Under the pieces are notes generated by a model that saw nothing but the letters and a program-made list of their open reading frames with translations, ran no database searches and had not been told where the DNA came from. DNA of 61,997 nucleotides, filler included, from Choristocarpus tenellus KU-1152 (taxonomy: Eukaryota > Protista > Phaeophyceae), in the NCBI GenBank assembly GCA_964200185.2. It is 12 parts of 12 records of this genome, joined end to end, with 100 filler letters (N's around TTAATTAATTAA, not from the genome) between each part and the next. Parts side by side here need not be neighbours in the genome. Positions count along the whole stretch, not along the records: positions 13,080 to 17,154 come from CAXNAD020016354.1; positions 17,255 to 21,778 come from CAXNAD020014164.1; positions 21,879 to 29,999 come from CAXNAD020005113.1; 9 more parts are not named here. The stretch is one strand, 5' to 3'. The stretch's first letter is position 1; the number at the start of each line of letters is the position of its first letter. Shown here in pieces: positions 13,640-28,000 of this stretch. The position numbers and the translations under genes were made by a program.

Positions 13640-16600
13640 GTCGAATGAAAATGAACGTTTTTGCAGCACGTCCAGAGATTTGTTAGGGAGTTGTACGTGT
13701 GTGGCGGGATGCACTGTCCTTCAAGTGTATCAGGGCTTTGTCGGTTGGTCTTGCTGCGGGGCTTGAAAGGGGCAGGCGCACACTGCATCATTATCAGAAT
13801 GACCAAGTTCTTCAGTTGCGGTGTGAATCACGGCATGGAACAGGGGGCAGAGTTGCACAAGCTGGGGGTACTGCTACAATAGTGGTACTTCTTGCAGAGG
13901 GGTGGAGAGAGTTGTAGGTCCTAAGATAGGCCTAATGTGGTAAAGACGTCAGATATAACAGAAGGGTGTAGGACCAGGAAAAGAACAATCTTTTAAGTGA
14001 CACAAAGCAGTAGCAAACAAGCTGGTCGCTGGGTTCAGGAGACGGGCGATTCATAGGTTTCTCTCAGGACCTCACATGAGTTAGATTGGAGCCTGGTACA
14101 TGGGTTCCTCAGGATCACTACGCTGACCTATATCACGACCAGAACTTGGGTCAGAACTGGACTGACACCAAGACCTTACTCACACCTAGAACCAATAAAG
14201 GTCAAAACCTCTGACCTCATGCTATACTTCAGAACAGTTAAATCCTGAACTGGAATGCACAAAACCAGCTAAGGCACAAGTCAAGGGACACAACAAGAAA
14301 CTGAAGTTAAAAACAGAACAAACGTTGACATTCTCTGCAACCTCAGATTCTGGCCGTCCACCCAGCCGACGACTTGAGCAGAAATTCTTATGATTTGGAA
14401 CTCAACCTACAATGCAAGATGTGGACTCAGAGATAGATTAGCTCCGGCCCAATGATCATGTTGGGGGTAATACACTACCATACACATGAACCAGGGTCAT
14501 TAACCAAGGAATAGCAAATGTGCACTGTTGCCTATCAAAGAGAAAAGAGTGAATGGATACGATCAAAGAACATGAAATATTTTCTTGCCCTCTTATCCCT
14601 AACTATTTCCTCTTTCACCACCTTATCGCAGATCCCCACGAGAAACGAGAATGTACTTGAGCGACAATCATCTACTATTACTACATACCTGTAGTTGTCA
14701 ACACTCCAACAACCTGATCTCTTGCACGTGGGAGAAAAGGTCGTATATCCGTTGACAGGGAGAACTGACTGTATCAGCAATAGAATTGCCGACAAAACCT
14801 TGGTCATGGTGACGATTTCAGCGTCTGTATCGGACGTTGGAAACGGGTGTTGCAAATCTGAATTGTATTTGGGTAAGGCGTTCTTCTCCTCTTGAATCAG
14901 AGTAAGGTATTGATAGGTAAAGGGGAAGCTATGTCAAGTGAACTAGGTTAGCGGTTTGTTCAAATCACCTAAAATAAAAGTTGTTGAAAGACTCGACCCA
15001 CATCTACTCGAGAGCTTGAAAGTCGGCGAATATGGAACTCGACAATCGAGAAGCATGGAGAGGCGGTATAGGACATGACCAGTGCCAACCTCCGTCACGC
15101 AAATGTGAAGAGGAGGCAAGAAAGTATTAGAATAGAAGCTGTTGTAGGATATCAGAATTGCGACAGTCTGATGCAATATCAAATTGATGGAAATAACAGA
15201 TGACTTCGGCAGATATCATAAGGCGCCCTGACAGCATCGATTGTACTTCGAACTATAGCAGATAATCTTGCTGATTTCAGTATGGTGACTGGTTTACTAC
15301 TTCGTAGTGCCTACCGCCTACAGCAACCAGTAGATACAACGCAATGGGGAACGGGAATCAGGAAATAGCACGTGTCTATTGTCCAACACAAACTAACTTC
15401 AAGTAGTCTTCGCACATAATTTTGCCTTGGAAGTGCAAGTTTCCATCAAAATAGCGACCTAAGGTAGGTGAACGGGATTCTCAGTGAGGCCTCCTAGTCA
15501 GTTAGGGGGAAGCCCCGTGGGCTGGTCCTGGAGGCGATGTGTCGAATAGTACTTGTACTGGAACATGAACATGTACGATACGAGGAAAAGCAAGGATAAG
15601 TGGAAGAGAAGAAGGTTGCCGTTATTTTAAACTGAAACATGTTCTGTGCTCTGAGCGACATGAACCAAGACAAAACGCTCTGAGAGCAAGGAATGCAATC
15701 ACGAGATTGACAACAATGGTCATTGAGGTTCTTGACGTTGTGCTGAGGATAGCGAGGGAGGAGACGTCACGGGGGCAACAGAGGGTAGAGGTAGGCTTCT
15801 ATTATCCTTTCTTTGCCTGATATCCCCCTGAATTGTGGCGTCAGTACGGAAGAGATTGGGGTGGTGGTTGAAGGTCTGGGTGAGAGCGAGGCTGTTTGTC
15901 CAACTTGAGTGAGAACTTGCTGCTGCTGGTGCCCTGAATCTCGGATTTATTCCTTCAAAACCAAGTCAATATTTTGCTACCCCTGTACCTTCTGTAATTG
16001 TGTCCACTGGTCCAATCAGAGCCAGAGTGAACCTATTGGAGGGTTTGTGGTCAACCCTCAAACTTTGGTAGGCCCATATCGTTGGCCCACCCTTGCTAGG
16101 CGGAATCTTGCAAGGGTGTTGGCGAGAGTGGGTTTGGGGAGAGGTTTCGTTGCATCGGGCTGCTTTCCACGGACTATGAGGAAGAGGATGAGGTCACCTT
16201 TGCAAGGCGTAGAGAGGTCTTTGCCATCCCCAATGATGACATTCCTCATGACTCACTTGAACCAGGCAATCATGGACGCTGTCTTGATATAAACGGTTCA
16301 CCTTGTTTAATTGAAAATCAACTAACATTCCTGACTGCTCTTCACTTTTCGTGGCCTTGCCGCCTCCCCTCCTCATTCTCAACTCCATTCTGCTGTGCAA
16401 CAAACACTCGATTCCGTTCGTGATCAAGGCCCTGTACGTGCTCATCTTCGGTTTGTAACTTGGGTAGATGAGAAATGGACAATCCTTCACCCCCTCATAT
16501 CCACAGCGAGGGAACTGTCTCACCTGTTGCTGCAACACCCTTGACCCACCTCCAATTTCACTCAGTTTTCGGTGTCCACACCTCCCTTGACCTGGAAGAC

Positions 16601-16644
16601 TGAAGAGCGGACAAGTCCTTGCCGCCACACGCTTCTCTGCATCC

Positions 16645-16754
16645 ATGTCGTCCCTGAGTCTCGCATCAGATGTGGCTGTGGATGATACGACCGTGACTTA
16701 TGAGCTGGTGGACGAAATGGTACCGTTTCTCAGGGATCCGCGTGCAGAGATAAG
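16645..16754 (+). CDS. Probable first exon of an HGH1/FAM203-like (ARM-type) protein
   Basis: ATG...MSSLSLASDVAVDDTTVTYELVDEMVPFLRDPRAEIR followed by AG|GTAC donor. ExxPFLxxPxxxxR resembles the HGH1 N-terminus. Single short exon only. Confidence 0.4.
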
Positions 16755-17077
16755 GTACACACTGCAGGCCGCATAGTGTGCTATAGGTCTCCCAGAATAG
16801 CAAGCTTAAGGCCTATCCTACACTGCTGTAGCTGCGACAAGGTCTGGTAATGAGAGGATCATTCGAAGCTCTAACCTTGACAAGAGGACCAGAAAGCAAT
16901 CGTGAACTCCAGCATCAGTATAGTGTGTCCTATCCACCTGTTTGTATCACCACCCTCCATAACCCTAAAACAATATCCCACCCCATCAGTAATCGCCAGA
17001 GAGTCTTTTCTGTGAATTGTAACATACAATATTGCAACTTTTCCACTCCCCATAGACCTCGAGAGCAAAAGTCGTAC

Positions 17078-17115
<38 letters not shown>

Positions 17116-17254
17116 ACCCCCCCCGCCGCTCCCCCCCCACCAGCGCCCAACCCCNNNNNNNNNNNNNNNNNNNNNNNNNNNNNNNNNNNNNNNNNNNNTT
17201 AATTAATTAANNNNNNNNNNNNNNNNNNNNNNNNNNNNNNNNNNNNNNNNNNNN

Positions 17255-19658
17255 ACTCCGCTAATAAATAAATCCATACAACTTAAAGCAAAGACTCTAT
17301 TGAAAGAGTTCTCTTTTGCATATCTTAACTGAGAGATCAATGACCTCAGTTACAACAGAATAAATACATCGGTGCTTTGCAGCGCAATCACACCTATCCA
17401 TATCATAGACTACACATATCACTCATCGGTGCTTTGCAACACCATGATTCCTCATCGCTCGTAGTCTACGCATTTTGCTTACATGTACGATGCATTCGAT
17501 TCAGGTTTTAACAGGTTATGAACCTTAAGACTAGATCGACACATACAATGACGCATTTGCCCGACCTTCTCTTTTGTACTTTCACCAACTACACCCTAGA
17601 TAAACCCACTGTACCGCCATAGAACGCAAGCCAACACCACCTATTTCCCCTGGAGATGACTCCCCCTGAAACGCGTTCGAACTCTGCTTCCTGAACATCT
17701 GGAACTGTGTGGCCCCTTCGGGTCCAGCGAGTTTTGATCTAGCACTACCACTCCACCTACCATCCCATACAAAGAAGCCGAGGACCAGCTGCTATGCAGT
17801 CTCGTTGTCACCTACCATGGACTTGTACAAGACATTCACGGACTCCAGCAGGGGGGCAAACCTCACATCAACAACAGTCTGGCAGCATTGGCACACCCTG
17901 AAGTCCACGTACAAAGCTGCGATGGAACAATGGATAAGTGCTGTTCGTCACTGTTCAGAGCACTGCACGATGGAAATGGCAACGATCCCGACCTGTTTCT
18001 CATGCACCTCTGCAAGGCTAAAAGCTGAGTCGGGGACCCCTCAACCTTACACCTACTGTTCGAACTCTCCACTGCAGCTACTTTCACCAATCTGGACACC
18101 CTCTCCGCCAATTTCCAAACCACCCGATGCCCCCACCCCACCACCATTCCACGCCCCTGCCACACTCCTGACGCCCGGTGTTCCTCCCACATCACACCCC
18201 ACTCTCACTGACACAGCATCCCGAGCGAGCACCACATCAACAACCCCACCGCCTGCCCATCACTCACCCACCATCTCTCCTCCCACCTACCACCAATCAC
18301 CACCAAGCACACACTCACAGTACAAGACACACCCACAACCGACCTCACCACAATGATACCTTACCCTGGCTGCACAGCTCTCCCCCTGGCTAATCCCTCC
18401 CTTCAAACACACTACCCACCACCTCTTGTCACACCCTTTTACCCCTGCTCATCCCACCACTGCCCCCGGCATGGGGAACCTCCATCTCCCCCACACATTG
18501 GCAAGCCACCTTCACTGGACTGTTCCAGCAACACTCATCATTACCTGTCTCATTGTCTTTTCACTGTCCTGCTGGTACCTGATTCGAGCCATCATTTGTG
18601 TACTCCATCTGTGCTATGACGACTACTGGCTGGACTACGGTGACTACCCACACCCATACCTACTGAATTACAATGTCCAGACACGGATTTCGGAGCTTGG
18701 ACGCCTTGTACTCCATGGACTTTTCCCTGTGTCCCCCCAAACCGCCACCTTCTCACCCACAACATTCCCACACCTGCCTCCCGGTATCACCTACTCCCAC
18801 CCCTGCTCCACTCACTGTGCAATATAGGCTAGGTGGTCTATACGATGGTATCTGTTTAGTAGCCAGTACTATAAAACAGGAAAGTATTGACTGAGTGAAG
18901 CAAGTGTCATTGACTTGATTCAGTGCGCTTAGAGTAACAGGTACGAGTTTCAATGGATTGATTTCTTATTTCACTTTAATGTAAGTGACTGACGTAATGC
19001 GACTGACACAGACACATTCTGACGTGTCTACTGACGTGCGCAATAGGTAAAAAGAGAGAGCACCGAGGGCAATAGATAACAAGGGAGAGCACCCCCCACC
19101 TCGAGGGTAATGCTCACTCCGCTAATAAATACACATCCATACAACATAATGAAAAGACTATTGGAATAGCTCTCTTTTGCATATTCACCTCTCCCATTGA
19201 CCCTACGCCCCCACCAATCACACCTGTCCCTGCACCATTCACCACCCTGTCCTTACCCTCCATACCACCTACCGCCTCCATCACCGCCCCTCCCCCTAGC
19301 ACCTTCAACAAACTCCGCACCCATGCACCCCTTTCACTATGCCCACGCAGAGTGAAAGCATCTTAGAGGGTACGAGTTTTGCCCTGTTTGTCCGTTTAGC
19401 GCCTGGCTTCCCATGGGGGTTTTAATGACATTTTCCTACTCCAAAATGTTTCGGAGCAGGTATAATGTGTACGTTTTGAAACGGTGTGTCCGCAAAAAGG
19501 ATATTAGCACTCCCGAACAAACACTATAACCAAAGTTACATCAAAATCGCGACGTTGGATTTTGACCCCCAAATGGACGCGACTCTACCCTACCCTCTAA
19601 GTTAGTTTGGCTCCACATTTTGCTTACATGTAAGGTGCATTCGATTCAGGTTTCAACA
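17255..19658 (+). mobile_element. Degenerate copia-type LTR retroelement: LTR end (to 17513), PBS, gag remnant, second LTR copy (~18816-19658)
   Basis: 17255-17325 matches 19116-19190 and 17470-17513 matches 19614-19658 (ends ...AACA). GGTTATGAACC directly follows the first LTR. Gag-like words near 17880-18020 (WHTLKSTY; DPDLFLMHL). No pol and no clear PPT. Confidence 0.7.
19350..19613. mobile_element. Family D MITE inserted in the LTR
   Basis: GAG...CTC TIRs; TSD CGCA/CACA; the empty site is visible in the other LTR at ~17468-17472. Confidence 0.92.
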
Positions 19659-19779
19659 AATACATGTTGTGTGGAGGAGGTCATACCTCAGACGCTCTCG
19701 GCATCACCGATATGTCTGCCAGCTTTGCAGTCAAGTGCCCCCTCTGAGAAGAAGGGCAGGAGAAATGGAACAAGATTAA

Positions 19780-20315
19780 ATTGGTGCGGTAGAGGCTGGA
19801 GTATGCAGTCCAGAGCCTCATGGCAATATAGTACGGCCTACACATTGTTCAACCCTTGACCAGATACACGGTGACAAGTTGAATGTGGGATAACATCAGG
19901 ATTATCAAAGCATTGTAATGCCCACCTCATACCACTCATTAGTGACAAGCTCATGAGTGAAAGTATCTTAGAGGGTATGATACTTTCGCTATTTGCCCGT
20001 TTGGGAATTGACATCCCACGGGGGTTTTATGGCATTTTCCTACTCCGAAGTTTTTACGAGTAGATTGAATGTATATGTTATTAAAAGGTGTGTCAGGAAC
20101 AAGGATATTGACACTTCCTAACAAACACGATAGCCGAAGTTACATCAAATCGCATCATTGGGTTTTGGTCCTCAAAGGGATGCGACTCTACCACTTTGAC
20201 TCTCATCGGCGATGAGCAGGTCCATTTCCAGAACTCTCAAAGCCTCTCGGGTTGACGCAATCTGTCGCCACTGGTCAAACAGAACCTGCTGTACTTGGGG
20301 TCTCCTGGGCACCTG
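19780..20315 (-). pseudogene. Decayed coding segment split by the MITE, possibly hAT transposase
   Basis: Removing the MITE and one TSD restores VPRRPQVQQVLFDQWRQIASTREALRVLEMDLLIADELVTNEWYE. Further on is CRPYYIAMRLW, reminiscent of the hAT W...P.Y..LR region. Confidence 0.3.
19955..20202. mobile_element. Family D MITE
   Basis: GAGTGAAAGTATCTTAGAGGG...ACTTTGACTC with perfect 4-bp TSD TCAT. Confidence 0.92.
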
Positions 20316-20796
20316 CATGTTGCATGTTTCAAAAGGCAGGACTATGAGCATATAATTGCCAATGAATTTATTGCCGGTTGAATCGACAATTACTTCTACT
20401 ATGGGGGTTCAAAACTACATGTCCTGTGTGAGACTGACTCACATTACTGATGCATCACCTGAATATGGATTGGAATAATCTGGGGGGAAAATGAATGCAT
20501 AGCGGAGATGCTTAAGTAGGGTATCCACCATCCACCTATCTCTTCATTGAGCCAATACCTCTGCAAAATACCATGATCACGGCAATGCCACGTGGGGACT
20601 GGGAGAACCGAAGTGATGAGGAATATCCCTGCAACTGTCTCTACTTTACTAGCGAATATTGACAAAGGAGTGATGCACTTTTTGGGTAAGAGGGCCATCA
20701 TGTGTAAAAGGGATTCCCAAGGACATCACATCATAAGCACCATATAAAAAGAGTTTTCTACAGCACTACTCCAAGTGGCTGCACCTCGTTCAAAAG

Positions 20797-20835
20797 GAAT
20801 GAAAGTATCTTAGAGGGCACGAGATTTTCCCTAAT
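20797..20835. mobile_element. Family D terminal fragment
   Basis: GAATGAAAGTATCTTAGAGGGCACGAG with no partner end. Confidence 0.75.
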
Positions 20836-22020
20836 GCCACAGATGGAAGACATGTGTATCGAGGTACAAAGTACAGGAAGTAGGTCACACCGACACAAAT
20901 TAATGACCCCCCAGAGACTTGAGAAGTGTGGAAGCCCGATGCTCTTGAGAATATGCCTACTTCTTGTGAAGGGAAAGGAGCTGAAGTACCGGTGGTGTGA
21001 GTTTACCTGAGTGTAGATCGATACTGTCTTCGTACTTAACTTAGTAAACCCTGTCCATGAAGCTCAAGACATGGTACAAGACAGTTCATCAAGCATGGTT
21101 GGCTCAAATACAAGAGTAATTCCATTCGCCTCGGAAGCTACATACGAATAAAATGACAATGGTGCGCAGGGTTAAACATCCTAGTTAAGTTGTGTGTGAG
21201 AGCTGCATGACTTGATGAGACAGTCCCACTAAATACTGCATGCTGCTTGCCTGGGCGCCTCCTGCCCAAATGGTGAGGGCAGATCTTCAGGACAACCTGG
21301 TATGCACTCCGAGTGGGGCTTTGGAAGAATAATCCATGTATCATTGAGACCCTTTCTCCTTATCAGCAGAAGATGACAGTTGTACATTTATGGTTGATTG
21401 TTATTATTATTATTTCTTTCGTGACTGCCTTTGATGCCTCAAATTGCATCAGCACCACTCTGCAGTAACAGTATTAAGCCGAAGTTCGCCCACGGGCCGT
21501 TTTGGCGGTTTCTAATCTTGATTTTTTTGAAAAGGTTGCCCAACGAGTTAATCGAGGATCAGCATATCTAACGAAAGCTCAGAGGTTTCATTTGATAAGG
21601 TGGTACCAGTAGCTTCGCCCTCAGTAACTTTTCTTCTTTTTTCTCATGCACCCCCAACAGAAATAAAACAATACAGTACCTACCCCGATTTTGTTCACTC
21701 ATGGGCATGCCCGAAAAAAGCGGCACAGAATTGATGTGGTACAAAATCGTTTTTGTAGCAATTAATCGTGGTTAGCTGNNNNNNNNNNNNNNNNNNNNNN
21801 NNNNNNNNNNNNNNNNNNNNNNTTAATTAATTAANNNNNNNNNNNNNNNNNNNNNNNNNNNNNNNNNNNNNNNNNNNNACCTGTATCCGCATCAAGCACC
21901 AAGACATTGTATGGTTGGGTATTTTTCTTAGGGGGGTGGGGGGGGAGGGGGGGGGATTGAGGAACAGGTCGGAATAGAGGGATGAACATAATAAGCCATG
22001 GTAGCCAAGGGGGGAATACC

Positions 22021-25000
22021 GCTGAGTTTAAAGGACCCCTCTCAATCTCCAGTGCCACAAGTTTTTGAACTGCTTTGTCCTCAACTGTGGAGTTTCTGTT
22101 TTCAGAGGATACATTAGCTTGCAGAAGCAACTACCACAAAAAAGGACAAAGATGCCCTTGAAAATCCTAACAGCCAAAACACACAGAAACACCCCCCTTG
22201 ATCATTTTCATTTTGACTCCACACTATACAGACATGGCCTTTGAGGATAAGAGACCATGAGCGGCAAACACCCCTTAGAAGTCCATTGCATCATCCAAAA
22301 TGTGCTGCATCCGCTGCTAACATAACATTCCTAATCTTAAGGTGCTCTTCGCTGATGCCCCAGGAGCTACACATCACATCTTTGTGCAATTACAACCCAC
22401 CACGCAATCAAAATGCAAGAAAGTATCGTAACGCCTTATCTCCCCAGAAAACCGACAAAAACCACACCCAAGGGATAAATAACAGCATAGCTTTCTAAAG
22501 CAAACAGTACACATGCGCATATATTTTTTAATAACTAGAAAAAAAATAATGTATCCCTGTCCATTATTCAGACCGTGAACAAGGATCTGCACTCAAACAA
22601 TTCTTATTTTTACCCTTCCGGCCAGTCCCATTGCAAAGAGTTGAGTAATAGCAAAGGACACACAACCCGCAATGCTAATGCTAACATCGCAGGAGTCTCA
22701 CCCACACAATGATTGACCAGATTCTCACAGAAGTACAACCATCCACTTCCACCCCATCACACTAACACAGAAAAATGTGTTACAATTATTATTGTTTAAA
22801 AAATTACATTTAAAAAAAAAAAAGCACAAACCCTCCACTCTAACCTTGCCCCAAGAAAAAAAAATCCCAACAACCACCTGGAACTGTACAGACTTCGGGG
22901 CCTTTGGAGTCACAGACTCCGACCCCGGAGCAATAGAAACAAGGCTTGGGAGAGCTCGCAAAGGTGTGCCACGCTTCACCAGTGCAGGAACGACCTGTCC
23001 CTTTGGTACTGGATTGGAGGCGTTGCCACCCTGCACATCATCGTATATCCAAGGTAGAGTAAAGGAGGGAAGAGGTTTTCAAATACTAGGGGGATAAAAG
23101 CCAAAAAAGCACTGCAAACACAGGGCACACCACGAAATCCCTCTCCTACCACACACACACACACACACTGTGCTACAAACGTCAAGTTTACCTCTTTCTC
23201 ATGTGTCACACAAATGAATCGAAACTGGGAAGCAAAACTCGGAAACAATGGCCACAAAAACTCACACCCACAAGCAAGAGACAACAATTCCCCAGATTTT
23301 AAAAAAAATCGACCCTTAACCTTAAAACACGCCACCTACACCAGAAACCCAAGCAACAACCCCCGCAACAGCTCTCCTCCGCCCCTTACAGACAAACCAT
23401 TTCAACCTTCCCTTTTCCCCCCAAACTCCATTCGTTTGTTCTCTTTATTTCTTAGACCAGGTCATGAAACGGAGTGTTGTTTTCCCCCAATGTATAGACA
23501 AGAAAAAGAAATAAGAAAAAAATAAGAAAGGAAAGTACAACCCACAAAACTCTACATCTCATATCGCGTCCAACATCAATGCCTACAACAACTACAACAA
23601 AAATACAACAAATAATAATAATAATACTAATAATAATACTAATAACACTAATAATAATAATACTAAGAAGAATAATAGAAGAATAATAATGCGATCAAAG
23701 TTTCAACTAACCCTTCCAACTTCCTCCAACTTCCTCCAACTTCCGAGAAAAGGTCATGGACTGTGAGATCATGAGGGTTTACGCGACACACAAGCTCTGA
23801 AAAAAAAATCAGTACGACGTACACATATACAACATACGTTTGAGTTATTGTTCTGTGAGTTCATTCTACTCTTGATGCCAGTCCTCAATGGAATACCGCG
23901 GTGCTACGGGTTCTCTTTCTATACACATATCTCAGTTAACCTCGAAAATACCATCTCACCGAAATGTGCATAGAAAAGTATTAAAAAAAAAAGGACTTCT
24001 ATCTGATAAGTAGTGTGATTGACTTGACCAATTGCAGGCAGTCATTTTGAATGAAAGCGCCAAAAATGAAGTATCCCAGGGGGTTTTCCCTTCCGATTTC
24101 TCAGGTTACTGTCTCCTCTCCTCATCTAACAAGACAAAGAAGCTCCGTAAATACACAATCCCATTTCCAGAATATTGCAGGGCATCGAAACCAGGTGAGA
24201 ACCAGGCAATTAGAGTGATCTCTTCCCATGGGACATTAAGAAGCAAAAAAGGCCTCCAAATTCCTCTATCAGCTACAAAGACCCCAAACAAATAACAAAC
24301 CTAGCATAGCCTTTACAACAGGACCAGCCCAGTTTTATACTTTGACAACATATTTTCACAGCAATCTGTGTGAAGTTTCAACAGTAACATACAAATAGAA
24401 CACAAGATAAACGGAAAAACAATTTCTTGACCTTTCAAAGGATGGGCCTAGAGAAAAAAAATTGAGCAGAAAATGTAGAGCAAACCGGATCAAGTTGCCT
24501 GTTTTCAGCAACTGTCACGAGGTCCTTACACATCATCAAAGGAAGTCCCAGAAGAGAAAGAAAGTAACACCACATTACTGGATTGCTACTATCAAAATCA
24601 AGTAGCACACCTTCACAATACACAAAAAGGCGGGGACTTGAATTGCCTCAATATGGTCAATAGTTCCTCTTAAATGACGTGCTCGGAATGACTTCTACAA
24701 GAGAACCTGAATTTCTGTTCAAATATATGTACATAAAAAAGGGTGTCTTCAGTGACCTCATTCTCTCTCCTGTCCCCCCCCCTGTACCTGTGGTTAAAAC
24801 TCTTCTCGGTGAATGTCTTAAAAAGTCTTGCCCCATTGCACAATAAGGCACACAAATACACGCATCCTCCCCTCTCCCCATAACCTGAATCACATACACC
24901 TTCCAATATTACTTTCAACTACCGTAAGGTCAAAATCAAGCTTTCACGCAAACCAGGGCTTTTCAAAGGCCACCTTACTATCTCACAGTCCTTCGCACTC

Positions 25001-28000
25001 AAGGCATTGTATCAACTGAGCCATCCTGGTTGAGTTGAAATATGCTTGAAACATTCAAAATACGTAAGAGTTTTAGCACCACATCTTCCCGCCCCTCGCA
25101 CAAAACACTTCAGTACATGAGAAGAGAAAAAAGAAAAGAGTTTCGTATTAAATTTAATCACGACATATTTCTTCCAATAATTTCTCCTTGTCTGCAATTC
25201 AAGAAAAGTCTTGTACCTGTGAGATGGGCTTAGGTGCTTCATTTTGTAATGAATCCTTGGCATCCCTTGGTCTATCACTTTTTCCCCCTGCCCCCCCCCC
25301 TTCCCCTCCTGCTTCTCCTCCCCCAGACACCAAGGAAGTGTCCTCACTGTCACTCTCCTCTTGACTGTTAATTGAGTCATCACTATCTGACCACTCGTCC
25401 CCCCCCCCAGCCTCATCATCATAGTAATCACCATCATCTTCATAGGTATCTTTTCCCCACATATACCGATGCACCATGGATTGACAAGGGTGGGGAGAAA
25501 AAACAGAACTTGTTTTAAAGACCTCCTAGTTGAAAAAACAAAAAACTGAAAAAAAGTAAGAAAACAGAACACTAATTTTAAAACAGAAAAACAAAACACA
25601 ACCCATACAACATTGTCCTCAAAAAAATCAGAAAATATTATTGGGCATCCAAATGAATGCAGTTGACATACAAGCAACAAAATGTGCATGAATTTAAAAA
25701 ATATACCAAGTTTATCAGGGGTGTTCTAAATCGAAAGCATTCATGAGAGAAAGTGCAATCTACTCGTAAAATCCCAACACAATATATATACATATGAGCG
25801 CAACACGCCAAGCATCACAGATACCCACAACCAGAGCATACACACACGCACACGAGAAAATCAAAACAAAAAAAGAAGTCAGAACAATTTTTGGTTTCAA
25901 AAAATTGCGGTATAAAGATCATTGCAACTCAAATAACTACCAAGCATCCAACCAACAACAAAAAAAGCATTACAACTCTGCAGCTTCTTCGCTCCACCAA
26001 CACAAAACAAGAAACATTACCTACCCAGCCAAATAAAATACCCATTACCACAATACATACTCCACCCACTCTTACCACTGTGTCCCCCTCGGGACATTCG
26101 CTTCAAGAGCTTCTTCCCACGAGCTGCTAGACCCGAATTTGAAACGGACCCCAAACCAATCCCTGAGCCCCCTCCCCCTTCTTTACCCCCCCAAGGTTTG
26201 GGCAGGTCCTCAAATATGTCATCGTTCTCATTCTCATCGTCTGAGTTTGTAGGCCCCATCGAATCATTGTAGCTCTGTGAGCGACGGAAGGATCGCTTGG
26301 ACACCCTACTGCCATTACTACTGCTTGGTATCACCGCCCATGCAGTTGGAGGGGGGTTGTTGAGGTAGGGGAAAGGTGGAGTAAGGGAAACGCTCAATGA
26401 ACAGAAAATAGGATACCTTGAGGTAGCGACATGCAGGATTCAATGGGGGTTGGGGTACCCTCTGATAAACGAGGAGACAGAAGCAGAAAATATAGGGCGC
26501 AAAGGTACATTACACAGCAAACAATGAACATGGGAAGACTATTAACAAGATGTATACGTGATTAGAGATGTGGCGACTTAGAGAGCTAATTTGACCCTAT
26601 GAGAAAATTTCATATGAAGTAAAATAGGTTTTGCCGCCAATCCACACTACTCCTACCTCGCTTTACACATGAAACCCCGCAACAAGAAAGCCTTCCAATT
26701 CTACATATCTGAGAGGGAAGCAATGCACCACCCAAACCCTATGGAAGTTACTAACACAACACCAAGCCCATCCCTTCCAAGCACCACCAACTGCAAAAAA
26801 GGGCGACTTCAAATCAATCACAATCCTATCCTACCACAGTCAGCACAGACAGCGATAAAATGCACCATACCTTCTTGGTTCAACACCACCTCAATCAGTT
26901 CAGCAGGGTAGGCAAAATGAACCGTTCAAACTGATGCAGAACAGAGGAAGAACATTACACAGCAGAGGGACCAACCTCAACAGTGGGGGAAAATCCAAAA
27001 AGGCACAGGCAGGCCGAAAGAGAGCAAGAATAGAAAAGCCAAAAACATTCTTCTACACTCAACTCACCCTTAAATTAAAGGTGTGCGTGCACACGGCCTC
27101 CACCTCAGAATACTAAATTTTACGCACCTCCTACTGCTCTCAAGTCTAATGCCATCGATGCTGGAGGAACGGACCAAACGAGATGCCTTCATCTTCTCCC
27201 TGGCCTGCTCCCTCTTCTTGCGCAGGTGCTCCCACAGGTACTCTGTTGTAGCACGGTCTGCAGTGGTTAGGTACAGGTCCTTCGAACCCAACGACAGCGA
27301 CAAGCTGCGCTCTCCATGAGCAACCACCTGTTCGTAGATTTTGTTCAATTCGGGGTAGGGCAAGGATGAGGAGATAAAGGAGGCGTATCGATTCGAACGA
27401 AATACGTGGAAGAGAGGAAAAAAAAAAATAGAGGTGTAGAGTAGACCGAACAGCTGAGAGAACTGCAGAAACAGCGTGACAAAACTACTGCCTCAACACC
27501 TACTATAGAGTGCAATCCTAAATCATAATATTAAATAAAATAGCACAATGGTGTAGATTTGAAAAACTGATCAATCGCCGGTGTCTATCAACGTGTCCAA
27601 TCCTTGGCTCTTTGGAAACATTTACCGAAAATTGGAGCAAAAACGTCTACAATTAAAGTATTGTCAAAAAAGGCACCATCAAACAGGCAGTAAGAATGTG
27701 TGAGGAAAATAATTGACATAGCAAGTAAACTTAAAAGAAACAGTCAACAAATTCTCTCACAGTAGTGCAATCCGCCCAATTTGATCATGGATAAGTCAAT
27801 AAGTTGAACCCCCCCCCTCCTCCCCTCATCTTCCCTCCACCCTCTAATGAGACAAGGTCTGTTCCCAAAGATAGGTGCCATATGTGCTAAAGAGGAACCT
27901 CCAATCCCCATCTGATCAAACATTACATGCTCCCTCCTTCTCTTGAACTCCAAATATCCTTTCTTAAACCTTGTACACCATAGATTTCATTCGAACTTTT

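Noticed and set aside
14535-16600. Integrase-like words (YVVIVDD) and other ORFs in contig 3
   Set aside because: Single weak motif without the other integrase residues in order.
17709-18827. Pro/Thr/His-rich long ORFs as extensin- or mucin-like genes
   Set aside because: Product of C-rich LTR-element internal sequence lacking stop codons.
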